A stretch of DNA of 64,000 nt from Gemmatimonadota bacterium (GTDB lineage Bacteria > Gemmatimonadota > Gemmatimonadetes > Gemmatimonadales > GWC2-71-9): contig SHZU01000001.1 in the NCBI GenBank assembly GCA_009692115.1, positions 421,598 through 485,597 of the forward strand, written 5' to 3'. Position 1 is the first letter of the stretch; every line of letters begins with the position of its first letter. The notes under the pieces were generated by a model. The model saw only the letters and a program-made list of their open reading frames with translations, was not told the origin of the DNA and did no database searches. Below are positions 29,585 through 38,264 of the stretch, piece by piece. The position numbers and the translations under genes were made by a program.

Positions 29585-31282
29585 ATGCGCCGCCACACCC
29601 TGGTTCTTGCCCCGGCTCTCCTCTCGCTCGCCCTGGCAAGCACCGCCTCGGCCCAGTACATCATCGGTGCCCGCGACGACCAGGCGGCCCGGGTCGACAG
29701 CGTCTTCCGGGCCTTTGACCGGACCGACTCGCCCGGCTGCGCCCTCGGCGTCTATCAGGACGGGGCGATCCGCTACGCCCGGGGCTACGGCCTCGCCAGC
29801 CTCGAGTACAGCGTACCGCTCTCGCCTCGCACGGTCCTCGACGTCGGCTCGATCTCGAAACAGTTCACCGCGATGGCGATGCTGATCCTCGAGAAAGACG
29901 GCAAGCTCTCGCTCGACGATCCGATCCGAAAACTCTACCCCGAGATGCCTGCCTACGCCGACCGGATTACCTGGCGGCGGGCGCTGAGCCAGACCAGCGG
30001 GCTTCGCGATCTCTGGAGCATGTGGGGACAGACCGGCCGGACCTTTGCGGGGGACACCGTCGACGCACTCAACGTGATTTTCCACTCGGCCGAGCCCAAC
30101 TACGAGCCGGGCGAGCGCTACCTCTACACCAACACCGGATGGATCCTGGCCGCGCAGGCGGTTTACCGCCTCACGGGCAAGACCCTGGCCCAGTTCGCCG
30201 AGGAGCGGATCTTCACCCCACTGGGCATGCGGGACACCCGCTTCCTGGTGGACCGCGCCGCCATCATCCCGAACCTGGCCGAGAGCTATTCCTTCCGCGA
30301 GAAGAGCTACCGGGTCCAGCGTAATCCCTACGACGGCGCGATCATGGGAGCCGGCGGGATCCACACCACCGTCGAGGACTTCGGCCGCTGGCTCAACAAC
30401 TACGACGCCGCCACCGTCGGCGGGCGGGACGTTGTCACCACCATGACGACCGCCACCAAGTTGAACGACGGCTCGCCGGCCACCTCGGCGCCGGGTCTGG
30501 CGTACGCGGTCGGCCTCACGGTCGGGACGGCGCGCGGCCTCCGCGTCGTATCCCACGGCGGCAGCTGGGGAGGGTTCCGGGGCCACTTCCTCCGCTTCCC
30601 CGACCAGCACTTTGCCGTCGCGACGTTCTGCAACCTGACGACGTCGGGTCCGGATTCCCTGGCGCAGAAGGTAGCGGCGATTTACCTGAGCGACCGGATG
30701 CAGCCGGACACGGTGGGGGCCTGGGCCGAGGCGCTGGCGGGGGCCCCGCGGGTCGGGGTGCCCCCGGCGGAGCTCCGCCGGCTCGCGGGTGTCTGGCGAA
30801 ACGTCGAGCGCGGCGAGGTCCGGCGGACCCGGATGACCGGCGACACCCTCGTCTCGGTCGGCCAGACCCCCACTCCGTACGTTCCGTTAGGCGGCGACCG
30901 GTTCCGGACCGAGGGGGGGACAGAAGTCCGCTTCGAGGGTGAGGGGCCGACCCCCACCCGCATGGTGGTCCGCAATGCGGGGGGCCCGGTGACCTTTGCC
31001 CGGGCCGACACCGTCGCCCTCGACTCCCTCAAGCTCGCCGAGTACGCCGGCGACTATCGGAGCGACGAAGTGGAGGTGACCCACACCTGGAAGGTCGAGA
31101 AAGGGAAGTTGGCCGCCTACGCGGGTTACCGGCGGCTCGGGGTCTTGGAACCGAGCTACCAGGACGGTTTTACCCAGGGCGGGAGTGTGATCGACGTGGT
31201 GCGGGACCGGAAAGGGCGGATCACCGGGTTCCTGGTCGAGTCCGGGCGGGTGCGGCACCTGCGATTCACGCGGGTGCGGTAG
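29585..31282 (+). CDS. Serine hydrolase, beta-lactamase family, secreted
   Basis: Signal peptide MRRHTLVLAPALLSLALASTASAQ. SISKQFTAMAM (SxxK), YTNTGW, HGGSWGGF, and a C-terminal extra domain. Confidence 0.85.
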   Translation: MRRHTLVLAPALLSLALASTASAQYIIGARDDQAARVDSVFRAFDRTDSPGCALGVYQDGAIRYARGYGLASLEYSVPLSPRTVLDVGSISKQFTAMAMLILEKDGKLSLDDPIRKLYPEMPAYADRITWRRALSQTSGLRDLWSMWGQTGRTFAGDTVDALNVIFHSAEPNYEPGERYLYTNTGWILAAQAVYRLTGKTLAQFAEERIFTPLGMRDTRFLVDRAAIIPNLAESYSFREKSYRVQRNPYDGAIMGAGGIHTTVEDFGRWLNNYDAATVGGRDVVTTMTTATKLNDGSPATSAPGLAYAVGLTVGTARGLRVVSHGGSWGGFRGHFLRFPDQHFAVATFCNLTTSGPDSLAQKVAAIYLSDRMQPDTVGAWAEALAGAPRVGVPPAELRRLAGVWRNVERGEVRRTRMTGDTLVSVGQTPTPYVPLGGDRFRTEGGTEVRFEGEGPTPTRMVVRNAGGPVTFARADTVALDSLKLAEYAGDYRSDEVEVTHTWKVEKGKLAAYAGYRRLGVLEPSYQDGFTQGGSVIDVVRDRKGRITGFLVESGRVRHLRFTRVR

Positions 31283-31545
31283 CCGAGGCGTAAGGCAAGA
31301 CCGCGATCTCCTCGACGTGCGCGCACCAAACGCCGCCGCTACCAGCGTAGCGGGGTCCACCAAGCGTGATCTCCAAGTCGTCATGAGGACCGGAGGGTTA
31401 ACCGTCGCAGAGAGAATGGGGGATTACCGGCCAACGTCGTTCACTTGCTGATCGACGCCGCTGGGAAGCAGGGCCGGCGTGAGACTGGCACAGCCGGCTT
31501 TACCAGGCCCCGTCGCCGAGCGGCCGGGGGCCGTTAGATTCGAGC

Positions 31546-32649
31546 ATGATCGCGGTCCTGTTCGCCATCGCCACCGCGCAGGTGGCCCAACCCGATTCGA
31601 TCGGGCCTCGCCTCCAGCACTTCGCCGACAGCCTCGTCGCGGCCCGGCCCAAATTGCCCGGCCTCATCCTGTATGTGAAGGATGGCCGTTCCGGCCGCCA
31701 ATGGCGGATTGCCTCGGGGTGGTCGGATACGGCCCGCCGGGTCCGGCTCGATCCGGGCCAGCCCCTCCGGATCGCCAGCAACACTAAGACCTACGTGGCG
31801 GCGGCGGTGCTCCGACTGGTAGAACGGGGAACGCTCCAGCTATCGGATCCGCTCTCCCGCCATTTGCCGGCCGATCTGAACGCCATGCTGGTTGGCGACG
31901 GGTATGCCACCGATCGGATGACGATCGAACAGGTGTTGAGTCACCGGTCCGGGTTGAACGAACACCCGGCCGTGGCGTCTTACGCGGCCGTTGCCCTGGC
32001 GGCACCGAAGAAGCGGTGGACGCGGGAGGAACAGGTCCGGTGGTTGGTGGACAGCCTCCAGCCGGTCGGCGAGCCCGGTGAACGGTATCGCTACTCCGAT
32101 ACCGGTTACATCCTGCTCGGCGCGATCCTCGAGCGATATACCGGGAAGAACGTCGGTGTGGCGGTGCGGGAGTTGGTGGATTTCAAGAAGCTCGGGCTGG
32201 TCAGAACCTGGTTCGAAACCCTCGAGCCCGAACCGAACGGCGCGGGCCCCCGAGTGCACCAGTACATCGGCGGGTTTGACTCCTACGAATTGGATCCGTC
32301 GTTCGACCTCTACGGGGGCGGCGGAATCGACGCGCCCCTCGACGAAATGGGCGGATTCCTCGAGGAGCTGTTGTCCGGCCGGGTGTTCGCGCGGCCGGCC
32401 ACGCTCGAGACCATGCTCAAGGCGCGGAGTCCCGATCGCGGCGGCTACGGACTCGGGATCTTCCAGGTCGATACGCTGGGCCACCATGGCTACGGGCACG
32501 CGGGATTCTGGGGGACGGTCGGATACTACTTCCCGGCGAGCCGTCTGACGGTTGCGGCGGCGGTCACCGAACAAACCGAGGGCCGGGTTGCCTATGCCGC
32601 CGTTCCCGCCGTGCTGGCGATCCTCTTTCCGAAGGCACCCCGGAGCTGA
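31546..32649 (+). CDS. Serine hydrolase, beta-lactamase-related
   Basis: SNTKTY (SxxK), YSDTGY, GHAGFWG. This is the intact paralogue of the fragment at 12005..12408. Confidence 0.8.
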   Translation: MIAVLFAIATAQVAQPDSIGPRLQHFADSLVAARPKLPGLILYVKDGRSGRQWRIASGWSDTARRVRLDPGQPLRIASNTKTYVAAAVLRLVERGTLQLSDPLSRHLPADLNAMLVGDGYATDRMTIEQVLSHRSGLNEHPAVASYAAVALAAPKKRWTREEQVRWLVDSLQPVGEPGERYRYSDTGYILLGAILERYTGKNVGVAVRELVDFKKLGLVRTWFETLEPEPNGAGPRVHQYIGGFDSYELDPSFDLYGGGGIDAPLDEMGGFLEELLSGRVFARPATLETMLKARSPDRGGYGLGIFQVDTLGHHGYGHAGFWGTVGYYFPASRLTVAAAVTEQTEGRVAYAAVPAVLAILFPKAPRS

Positions 32650-32651
32650 GC

Positions 32652-34088
32652 TTATGGCTTGATCGGGCGCCGAACGGCCAGGCCTGGTACCGCACCCGCC
32701 ACCAACGCTTCGTCCCGCACCACGAACGTCCCGTTCACCACGACATGGACGATCCCCGTCGAGGCCACGGCGGGCTCGGCAAAGGTGGCCCGGTCGATCA
32801 CCCGGGCTGGATCGAAGATCGTGAGGTCGGCGTCGGCGCCGACGTTGATCCGGCCCTTGTTCCGCATCTGGGGCACCGAGGCCTCGAGCCGCTGGGCCGG
32901 AAGCAGCGTCATCTTCCGGATCGCCTCCATTAGGCTCAAGGTCTTTTTCTCTCGGACGTAGCGGCCGAGCACCCGGGCGTAGGTACCCGCCCCACGAGGG
33001 TGAGCCCGTCCGTTCACGTAGGTCACCCCGTCGCTCGCGATCGCGACCAGCGGATGGGCCACCGCGAAGTCGACCGCCGTCTCGGGAATCACGTGGGCGA
33101 TGATCGGTCCGCCCTCGGCCCGGCGGCGATAGAAACTCGCCGAGTCGAGCCGTTCGCCGGTAGCGACCCACTCGATGTCGCGATAATCCACGCCGAGCCG
33201 CTCGCGCCAACCCGGATCGAAGATCGCGGCACGGATGTCGGTCGAGGCGGCGGTATAGGGATAGACCTCGGTGCTGATGTCGACACCGTGCTTCCGGGCG
33301 CCCTCGATCATGGCGAGAATTTCGGGAACCTGGCCGATCCCACTGCTGCCGACGTGGACCATGTGGACCGGAGCCCCCGACACCGCCGCGGCCGCGATCA
33401 GCTCTTGGACCGCTTCGACGCTGCTCCCCGGCTCCTTGACCGAGGCAAACCGGTCGTGGACGAAGTTGACGACGCCCCGCTCCTCCGCCACCCGAAACAT
33501 TCGAACGATCTCGCCGCGGGTGGTGCCCGGCAGGTATTGAATCCCGTAGCCGATACCTAACGCACCCTGGTCGACTCCCGCTCGAACCCGGGCGACGATC
33601 TGTTCGATCTCGTCGGGCCGGGCGTTCCGATAGACCACCCCGGGCCCGTTCGGCAGCGTGTCCCGGATCACCTCGCCGCGAGCGCCGCCGTGCGACATGG
33701 TGGCGCCGTAGTTGATCACCGCGCGGCCCTCCCGTTCCCGGTACCAGCCAGCGACGTCGTCCGCGCCGCCTTCGAGTTCGAGTGCCGTGGTGACGCCGTC
33801 TTGGGCTTGGAGCCGGCTGCTGAACGGGTCCTGCCCGTGGGCGTGGAGGTCGATGAAGCCGGGGGCGATCACGAGTCCTTTGACATCGACCGTCACCCGG
33901 CCGGCCAGCGGGCCGGCCGAGATCGCGGCGATCCGGCGTCCGGTGATCCCGATCGAGCGGATGGCGTCGAGCTTCGACGCCGGGTCGATGACCCGGCCGC
34001 CGGTGAGGACGAGGTCGTAGCGCGGCGGCTGGGCCTGGGTGGAGGCCGGCAGGGCCGCGAGAGCAAGGGCGACGAAAACAGGGCGCAT
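32652..34088 (-). CDS. D-aminoacylase-type amidohydrolase (paralogue of 4459..5895)
   Basis: Signal peptide MRPVFVALALAALPASTQAQ. Motifs PGFIDLHAHGQDP, IASDGV, GRINVGADADLTIFDP. Confidence 0.8.
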   Translation of the reverse strand: MRPVFVALALAALPASTQAQPPRYDLVLTGGRVIDPASKLDAIRSIGITGRRIAAISAGPLAGRVTVDVKGLVIAPGFIDLHAHGQDPFSSRLQAQDGVTTALELEGGADDVAGWYREREGRAVINYGATMSHGGARGEVIRDTLPNGPGVVYRNARPDEIEQIVARVRAGVDQGALGIGYGIQYLPGTTRGEIVRMFRVAEERGVVNFVHDRFASVKEPGSSVEAVQELIAAAAVSGAPVHMVHVGSSGIGQVPEILAMIEGARKHGVDISTEVYPYTAASTDIRAAIFDPGWRERLGVDYRDIEWVATGERLDSASFYRRRAEGGPIIAHVIPETAVDFAVAHPLVAIASDGVTYVNGRAHPRGAGTYARVLGRYVREKKTLSLMEAIRKMTLLPAQRLEASVPQMRNKGRINVGADADLTIFDPARVIDRATFAEPAVASTGIVHVVVNGTFVVRDEALVAGAVPGLAVRRPIKP

Positions 34089-34108
34089 CAGGGGTCCGTT
34101 GATTGGGG

Positions 34109-34429
34109 TTACTCGCCGTACATTTCCGTGATCAGCCGCCGGAGTGCTTGGGCCTCATCCGGCGACAGGCGCCCGGCCTTGGCGCCAAGCCGCGACTTGC
34201 TAATCGTCCTGATTTGATCGACCGCCACCTCCGCTTTTCGTCCCCCGACCCGGCACGGCAACCGAGTCCGCCAGGCCGGGCGCAACTGGGTCGTGAGGGG
34301 ACAGATCGTGACGGTTTTGAGGACGGCGTTGAGGTCGTCGAGGCTCACCACGACCACTAGCCGAGTCTTGGACATTTCCGAACCCAGCACCGGATCGAGA
34401 TTCGCCCAGCGGACGTCGTACCGCTTCAC
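34109..34429 (-). CDS. mazF: MazF/PemK family mRNA interferase toxin
   Basis: VKRYDVRWANLDPVLGSEMSKTRLVVVVSLDDLN...ICPLTTQ...AVDQIRTISKSRL. GTG 34429 overlaps the antitoxin stop (GTGA at 34426-34429). Confidence 0.85.
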   Translation of the reverse strand: MKRYDVRWANLDPVLGSEMSKTRLVVVVSLDDLNAVLKTVTICPLTTQLRPAWRTRLPCRVGGRKAEVAVDQIRTISKSRLGAKAGRLSPDEAQALRRLITEMYGE

Positions 34430-34749
34430 CGCGTCCGCCGCCGCGGGCCTTTCGCCGCCGGGCGTTCCGCGACTCGGGCCACCGGATCGTCCCACGGAAC
34501 CGTATCGAGGCCGTCCATCGCGACGGCGTCCCAGCCCTCCCAGTCCTCCCCGGCCGCCGCCATGGCTTGCGCGGTCTCGGCCCAAGATAGTTTAGCCGGC
34601 CCGCCATGCAGCGGACGAAGCAGGATGCCGTCGCTTCGCTCCTCCATCACGACAGCCGCGTCGATCCGATACCGGGCCAGGGTGGCGGCCGGGATCCGGA
34701 CCCCGCGGGAGTTGCCGATCCGATTCACCTTCAGCTCGACCGGTTTCAT
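34426..34749 (-). CDS. mazE: AbrB/MazE/SpoVT-type antitoxin
   Basis: KVNRIGNSRGVRIPAATLARYRI is the swapped-hairpin SpoVT/AbrB motif. Lies immediately upstream of and overlaps mazF. Confidence 0.8.
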   Translation of the reverse strand: MKPVELKVNRIGNSRGVRIPAATLARYRIDAAVVMEERSDGILLRPLHGGPAKLSWAETAQAMAAAGEDWEGWDAVAMDGLDTVPWDDPVARVAERPAAKGPRRRTR

Positions 34750-34758
34750 GTTATAACA
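34749..34758. promoter_or_regulatory. 10-bp perfect palindrome TGTTATAACA abutting the mazE start codon (candidate operator or -10 region)
   Basis: It is the only AT-rich patch in the 96-bp mazE/mauB divergent spacer, and the palindrome was read directly. No Shine-Dalgarno sequence lies between it and the ATG. Confidence 0.3.
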
Positions 34759-34845
34759 GTAGCCACATTCGTGGGATCGGGCCAGCCGGTCTGCCCAAGG
34801 ACTCAGCTCGGCTTGCGGGCCGGTTCCGACTCACGGTAACCTTAG

Positions 34846-36051
34846 ATGAACCCCGTCCCGCTCCTCGGCTCGCAGTCAGGTATCCCCATGGGAACGTCTC
34901 CGTTGCCAGACATCCGTCGATCGGCCGTTGCCGGACTCATGGCCGCCGCCTTCGCCTCCGGACCGGTCGCGGCGCAGCTCAAGCCCGAACCGCTGACCAC
35001 CGCCGCCTTGCCGGCCGCGAGCCCGCACTGGGTCTGGGTCAACGACATCGTCTTCCACCACATGGCCGACGGTAAGGCCTTCCTGATCGACGGCAACGCC
35101 GGAAAAATGCTCGGCATGCTGAGTACCGGCTTCGGCTTCACCGGGCTTAAGCTCGTCCCGGACGGTTCGGTGATCGTCTCGCCGGAGACGTACTTCTCGC
35201 GCGGAACCCGGGGAACCCGAACCGACGTCGTGACCCTCTACGACGCCAAGACGCTCAACTTCCAGGCCGAGATCGGGATCCCGGCCAAGCGGGCCGGCCA
35301 GCTCCCGATGACCTCGACGAGCGGGATCACCGACGACGGCCGGTTTCTCCTGGTGTACAATTTTACGCCGGCTCAGACCGTCTCGGTCGTCGACCTCAAG
35401 TCCCGGAAGTTCGTGGGCGAGGTGGACATCCCGGGTTGCGCCGAGGTGTACCCAACGGGCCCGCGAAGCTTTTTCTCGTTGTGCGGCGACGGCACCGCGT
35501 TCCAGGTCACGCTCGACGAGACCGGCAAGCCCGCGGCGCGGAGCCGCTCGGCCAAGTTCTTCGACGCGCTCAAGGACCCGGTCACCGAGAAGGGGATCCG
35601 GGACGGGAACACTTGGCTCTTCGCCACCTTCGCCGGTGACATGGTGCCGGTCGAGGCCACGGCGTCGGGCCTCAAGGCCCAGGCCCGCTGGCCCTTGAGC
35701 ACCCCGGCCGAACGGCAGCAGAACTGGAAGCCCGGGGGCATGCAACACCTCGCGATCCATGCCAAGAGTCGCCGTCTCTACAGCTTGATGCACCAGGGCG
35801 GTCCCGACACCCATAAAGACCCGGGCGTCGAAGTCTGGGTTCACGATCTGGCGGCCGGCGGCAAGAAGGTCCAGCGGATCCCGCTCGAGAAGCCGCTCAC
35901 CTCCATCGCGGCGACCAGTGATGCCAAGCCACTCCTCTTCGGGATCAACATCGGGATCCCGGAACTCCGGGTGTTCGACGCCATGAGCGGGAAGCTCCTC
36001 CGCACCGTGGCCGAGATCGGGTTTACACCGAGTACCTTGGTCACCCGCTGA
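34846..36051 (+). CDS. mauB: TTQ-dependent amine dehydrogenase heavy (large) subunit, seven-bladed propeller
   Basis: Collinear with methylamine dehydrogenase heavy chains: HWVWVNDIVFHHMADGKAFLIDGNAGKMLGMLSTGF, SRGTRGTRTDVVTLYD, DGRFLLVYNFTPAQTVSVVDL, NWKPGGMQ. The alternative start is ATG 34888. Confidence 0.9.
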   Translation: MNPVPLLGSQSGIPMGTSPLPDIRRSAVAGLMAAAFASGPVAAQLKPEPLTTAALPAASPHWVWVNDIVFHHMADGKAFLIDGNAGKMLGMLSTGFGFTGLKLVPDGSVIVSPETYFSRGTRGTRTDVVTLYDAKTLNFQAEIGIPAKRAGQLPMTSTSGITDDGRFLLVYNFTPAQTVSVVDLKSRKFVGEVDIPGCAEVYPTGPRSFFSLCGDGTAFQVTLDETGKPAARSRSAKFFDALKDPVTEKGIRDGNTWLFATFAGDMVPVEATASGLKAQARWPLSTPAERQQNWKPGGMQHLAIHAKSRRLYSLMHQGGPDTHKDPGVEVWVHDLAAGGKKVQRIPLEKPLTSIAATSDAKPLLFGINIGIPELRVFDAMSGKLLRTVAEIGFTPSTLVTR

Positions 36052-36052
36052 A

Positions 36053-36592
36053 ATGGAAATAGCCCTCGACCCCGCGGTCGGCTGGATCGTTGCCCTCTCA
36101 CTCGGCCTTCTGCTCGGCGCGGCGGCGCTCCACAAGCTCCGCGAGCCGGCCCGGTTCCGGTCGGCACTGGCCGGATACCGGATCCTGCCGGAAGGGGCCC
36201 TCGGCCTGGCCGGCATCGTGGTGATCGGCACTGAACTCGGGAGCACCGTCCTGTTGGTGCTTCCCGCAACCCGGCCCCTTGGCGGCGGCCTCGCGGCGAC
36301 ACTGCTGGCCGGCTATGGCGCAGCCATCGCTCTCAACCTGCTCCGCGGCCGGACCCGAATCGACTGCGGCTGTCTCGGGTTCGGCACGAGCGAGAGAATC
36401 GCCTGGTGGATGGTGGGACGAAACGGCGTCCTGGCAGCGGCGGCCCTGGCCGTCCGGCTGCCGTCCGGCGCGCGAACGCTCGAGGGACTCGACTGGTTGA
36501 CTGTAGCCGGAACGGTTGCGGCCATCGCGGCACTCTTCTCCGCCGCGAGCCGGCTCGCCTCGCTCCCATCGCTCCGGAGCGGGGCGGCATGA
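36053..36592 (+). CDS. mauE: MauE-type membrane protein (amine dehydrogenase small-subunit maturation/export)
   Basis: Four-TM protein, LGLLLGAAALHKLREPARFRSALAGYRILP with a CGC motif (IDCGCLGFG). ATG lies 1 nt after the mauB stop, and the position in the cluster fits. Confidence 0.8.
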   Translation: MEIALDPAVGWIVALSLGLLLGAAALHKLREPARFRSALAGYRILPEGALGLAGIVVIGTELGSTVLLVLPATRPLGGGLAATLLAGYGAAIALNLLRGRTRIDCGCLGFGTSERIAWWMVGRNGVLAAAALAVRLPSGARTLEGLDWLTVAGTVAAIAALFSAASRLASLPSLRSGAA

Positions 36593-37200
36593 GTCCGGCC
36601 GGCTGGGTGGCAATCGGCGCGCTCTGGGTGGTGGTACTGGCCCTCGGCCTCACGGTGCTCGCGCTGGCGCGGCAAATCGGCGTGCTCCACGAGCGGCTCC
36701 AGCCGGTTGGCGCGCTGTCCTTGCAGAAGGGCCTCCAGGCTGGGGAGCCCGCACCGGAAATTTTGGTGGACACGCTCACGGGCCGTTCACTCCAGATCGG
36801 CGGGCGCCATGAGCGCGGGGCCGACACCTTGGTAATGTTCGTCTCGCCCACCTGCCCGATCTGCAAGACGCTCCTCCCCGCCCTCCGCGCCATTCGGCGG
36901 CGGGAAGCGCCTCGGGTGGAGGTGGTGCTCGCGAGCGACGGCCCGCGCGCCGAACACGAGGCGTTCGTCGCCGCGGAATCGCTGGACGAGTTCCCCTACG
37001 TGCTGTCCGAGCGGCTCGGTCTCGGATACGGGGCGGGACGGCTGCCCCACGCCGTGCTGCTCGACGCGGCGGGGACGGTCCGGGCAACCGGCTTGGTCAA
37101 TTCCCGGGAACACCTCGACAGTCTCTTCGAGGCCAAGGATCGCGGGGTGGCGTCGCTCCAGGAGTTCCTCGAGCGGTCGGCGCGGCGCGAAGTCGCCTGA
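36589..37200 (+). CDS. mauD: MauD-type thioredoxin-fold protein
   Basis: ATG 36589 overlaps the mauE stop (ATGA). N-terminal TM anchor and a CPIC (CxxC) motif within VMFVSPTCPICKTLLP. Confidence 0.8.
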   Translation: MSPAGWVAIGALWVVVLALGLTVLALARQIGVLHERLQPVGALSLQKGLQAGEPAPEILVDTLTGRSLQIGGRHERGADTLVMFVSPTCPICKTLLPALRAIRRREAPRVEVVLASDGPRAEHEAFVAAESLDEFPYVLSERLGLGYGAGRLPHAVLLDAAGTVRATGLVNSREHLDSLFEAKDRGVASLQEFLERSARREVA

Positions 37201-37219
37201 AAACAACGGAGATCTCGAC

Positions 37220-37729
37220 ATGGCTCGATACGACGACGTGGTCGAACGGTTGACCCGGCACCTGGCCCAAACGGTGTCGCGCCGGAGCGTGCTCCGGTCG
37301 TTAGGCGGCTTCCTGGCGGGCGCCGCGGCGGTGCCGCTGCTCCCGATTGCCCGGGGCGTCCGGCCGGCCGCCGGCGCCGCGGCCCCGGACGAGAGCTCGT
37401 GCGATTACTGGCGCTACTGTTCCATCGACGGCTTCCTCTGCGCCTGCTGCGGTGGTTCCGCCACCGCCTGCCCGCCGGGCACCGAAGCGGCGACGCTGAC
37501 GTGGGTCGGCACCTGCCGGAATGCCTCCGACGGCCGGAACTACATCGTGTCGTACAACGACTGTTGCGGCAAGAGCTCCTGCGGGCGGTGCCTCTGCAAC
37601 CGCAACGAGGGCGACCGCCCGCTGTACCAGCCGAGTCTGGCCAACGACTACAACTGGTGCGTGGGAAGCAAGAGCGGGTCGCCGTATCACTGCACCGTGT
37701 CCCGGATCGTGGGAGTCGCGCCCGAGTGA
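37220..37729 (+). CDS. mauA: TTQ-dependent amine dehydrogenase light (small) subunit precursor
   Basis: Twin-Arg leader SRRSVLRSLGGFLAG. CDYWRYCSIDGFLCACCGGSATACPPGT...LTWVGTC...DCCG...NDYNWCVG...YHCTVSRIVG is collinear with MADH light chains. The two TTQ tryptophans (W95, W146) are conserved with the canonical 51-residue spacing. GGAG lies about 10 nt upstream. Confidence 0.92.
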   Translation: MARYDDVVERLTRHLAQTVSRRSVLRSLGGFLAGAAAVPLLPIARGVRPAAGAAAPDESSCDYWRYCSIDGFLCACCGGSATACPPGTEAATLTWVGTCRNASDGRNYIVSYNDCCGKSSCGRCLCNRNEGDRPLYQPSLANDYNWCVGSKSGSPYHCTVSRIVGVAPE

Positions 37730-38151
37730 GGCGACGCGTGTGGCCAGCGGCGCTCGGGTGGCTGGCCGCGGCCTGCGCGCACCCCGCACCGAGCGGGGAA
37801 CTCACGCTGGCCGAGCAGAACTACTTCATCCACTGCATGGGGTGCCACGGGGAAAACGGGGCCGGCCTCGAGGGCCAGGTCCCTGACCTCCGAAAGGACC
37901 TGGCCCGGCTCGCGGCGCTTCCCGGCGGGCGGGCCTACATCCTTCGGGTGCCGGGCGTGACCCAGACCAGCCTCGAACCAGAGCGCACGGCTGAGGTCCT
38001 GAACTACACCCTGCGCCAGTTCGGCGGTGCGGAGGTGGCCCGGCGGATCACGCCGTTCACCGCGGCGGAGGTGGCCGCGGCCCGGGCCATCCCGCTGCTG
38101 GAGATCTCCGCCACACGGGCCGGCGTGATCGAGGGCCGCGGGCTCCCGTAA
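37726..38151 (+). CDS. Small monoheme c-type cytochrome with signal peptide
   Basis: GTG 37726 overlaps the mauA stop (GTGA). Single CMGCH heme site. N-terminus VRRRVWPAALGWLAAAC is a possible lipobox. 141 aa. Confidence 0.7.
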   Translation: MRRRVWPAALGWLAAACAHPAPSGELTLAEQNYFIHCMGCHGENGAGLEGQVPDLRKDLARLAALPGGRAYILRVPGVTQTSLEPERTAEVLNYTLRQFGGAEVARRITPFTAAEVAAARAIPLLEISATRAGVIEGRGLP

Positions 38152-38160
38152 CCCAGGCCA

Positions 38161-38191
38161 ATCAGTAGCGTTTCGCCGGGGCTTGGTCGGT
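38161..38191. repeat. 31-bp direct repeat, copy A (ATCAGTAGCGTTTCGCCGGGGCTTGGTCGGT)
   Basis: Identical to 39202..39232, read directly. Copy A is intergenic, 10 nt after the cytochrome c stop. Confidence 0.9.
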
Positions 38192-38264
38192 TTGCTCCCC
38201 GGATGTCCCCGTTCAGGCGGAGTTGTTCAGCCTCCCAGGCTCGCTGTCCAACGCCCCTAGCCGG

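Noticed and set aside
31283-31545. A 260-bp spacer between two serine-hydrolase genes, examined for a small RNA, riboswitch or gene remnant. The minus-strand frame reads ...DDLEITLGGPRYAGSGGVWCAHVEEIAVLPYA.
   Set aside because: I found no conserved-looking structure, repeat or recognisable protein motif. ORF 30887..31384 mostly runs antisense to the upstream gene.
37726-38151. Possibility that the cytochrome after mauA is MauG.
   Set aside because: It has a single CxxCH site and only about 141 residues. MauG is a diheme protein of roughly 350-400 residues related to cytochrome c peroxidases. It is better read as a small electron-acceptor cytochrome.
38176-38202. Possible terminator hairpin CCGGGG-N15-CCCCGG after the cytochrome c gene.
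   Set aside because: It has a 6-bp stem with a 15-nt loop and no U-tract. It also overlaps the 31-bp repeat, which explains the sequence better.
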